Of a stretch of 64,000 nucleotides of DNA, positions 63,812 through 64,000 are shown in pieces (within the stretch, counting starts at the first letter, position 1; the number at the start of each line of letters is the position of its first letter). Under the pieces are notes generated by a model that was given only the letters and a program-made list of their open reading frames with translations, did no database searches and had not been told where the DNA came from. A program made the position numbers and the translations under genes. Source of the DNA: Rhizodiscina lignyota (taxonomy: Eukaryota); assembly GCA_010015805.1 (NCBI GenBank), contig ML978123.1, positions 930,001 through 994,000 on the forward strand, in the 5' to 3' direction.

Positions 63812-64000
63812 TTAGGACAGCCCGAGCTCCTTGGTGAGCAGTTCCAAGTACCCATCAACCATGCTATGGACCAGATCGTCAAACGACCTGAACTTGAACC
63901 CAAGGACCTCCTCAGTCTTGCTAGCATCGTACTTCAAAGGCCTTGTGATCATCTTCCCTGTAGGCTTGAGCATGCCCTTCTCTACAGCCTCTGGATAGTC
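63812..64000 (-). CDS. 3' end of an NAD(P)-dependent epimerase/aldehyde-reductase-like gene (partial)
   Basis: Minus frame reads DYPEAVEKG..YDASKTEEVLGFKFRSFDDLVHSMVDGYLEL..stop. Confidence 0.7.
   Translation of the reverse strand, partial: DYPEAVEKGMLKPTGKMITRPLKYDASKTEEVLGFKFRSFDDLVHSMVDGYLELLTKELGLS

Overview
This is fungal nuclear DNA from a filamentous ascomycete (Pezizomycotina), with short GT-AG introns and about 25 protein-coding genes. Recognisable core genes are MCM3, FYV7, PFF1, MED15/GAL11, a PTEN-like TEP1, EMW1/TTC27, a Zn2Cys6 transcription factor and an AAA ATPase. Five accessory modules are interspersed. (1) An AT/TpA-rich island at about 3.7-9.5 kb holds a divergent pair of secreted-protein genes (an HExxH aspzincin-like protease and a Ser/Thr-rich Cys-domain protein), nested Harbinger-like MITEs and a possible solo LTR. 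(2) A four-gene MFS/P450/SnoaL/EthD cluster has no core synthase. (3) A head-to-head gene pair encodes the two halves of plant Tm-1 (TIM barrel and UPF0261); its promoter contains a fossil coding fragment that is repeated 9.5 kb upstream. (4) A NACHT-ankyrin NLR is broken by two single-base frameshifts. (5) One gene encodes a prion-like/glycine-zipper/His-rich protein. Exon models were read by eye and no database searches were run.
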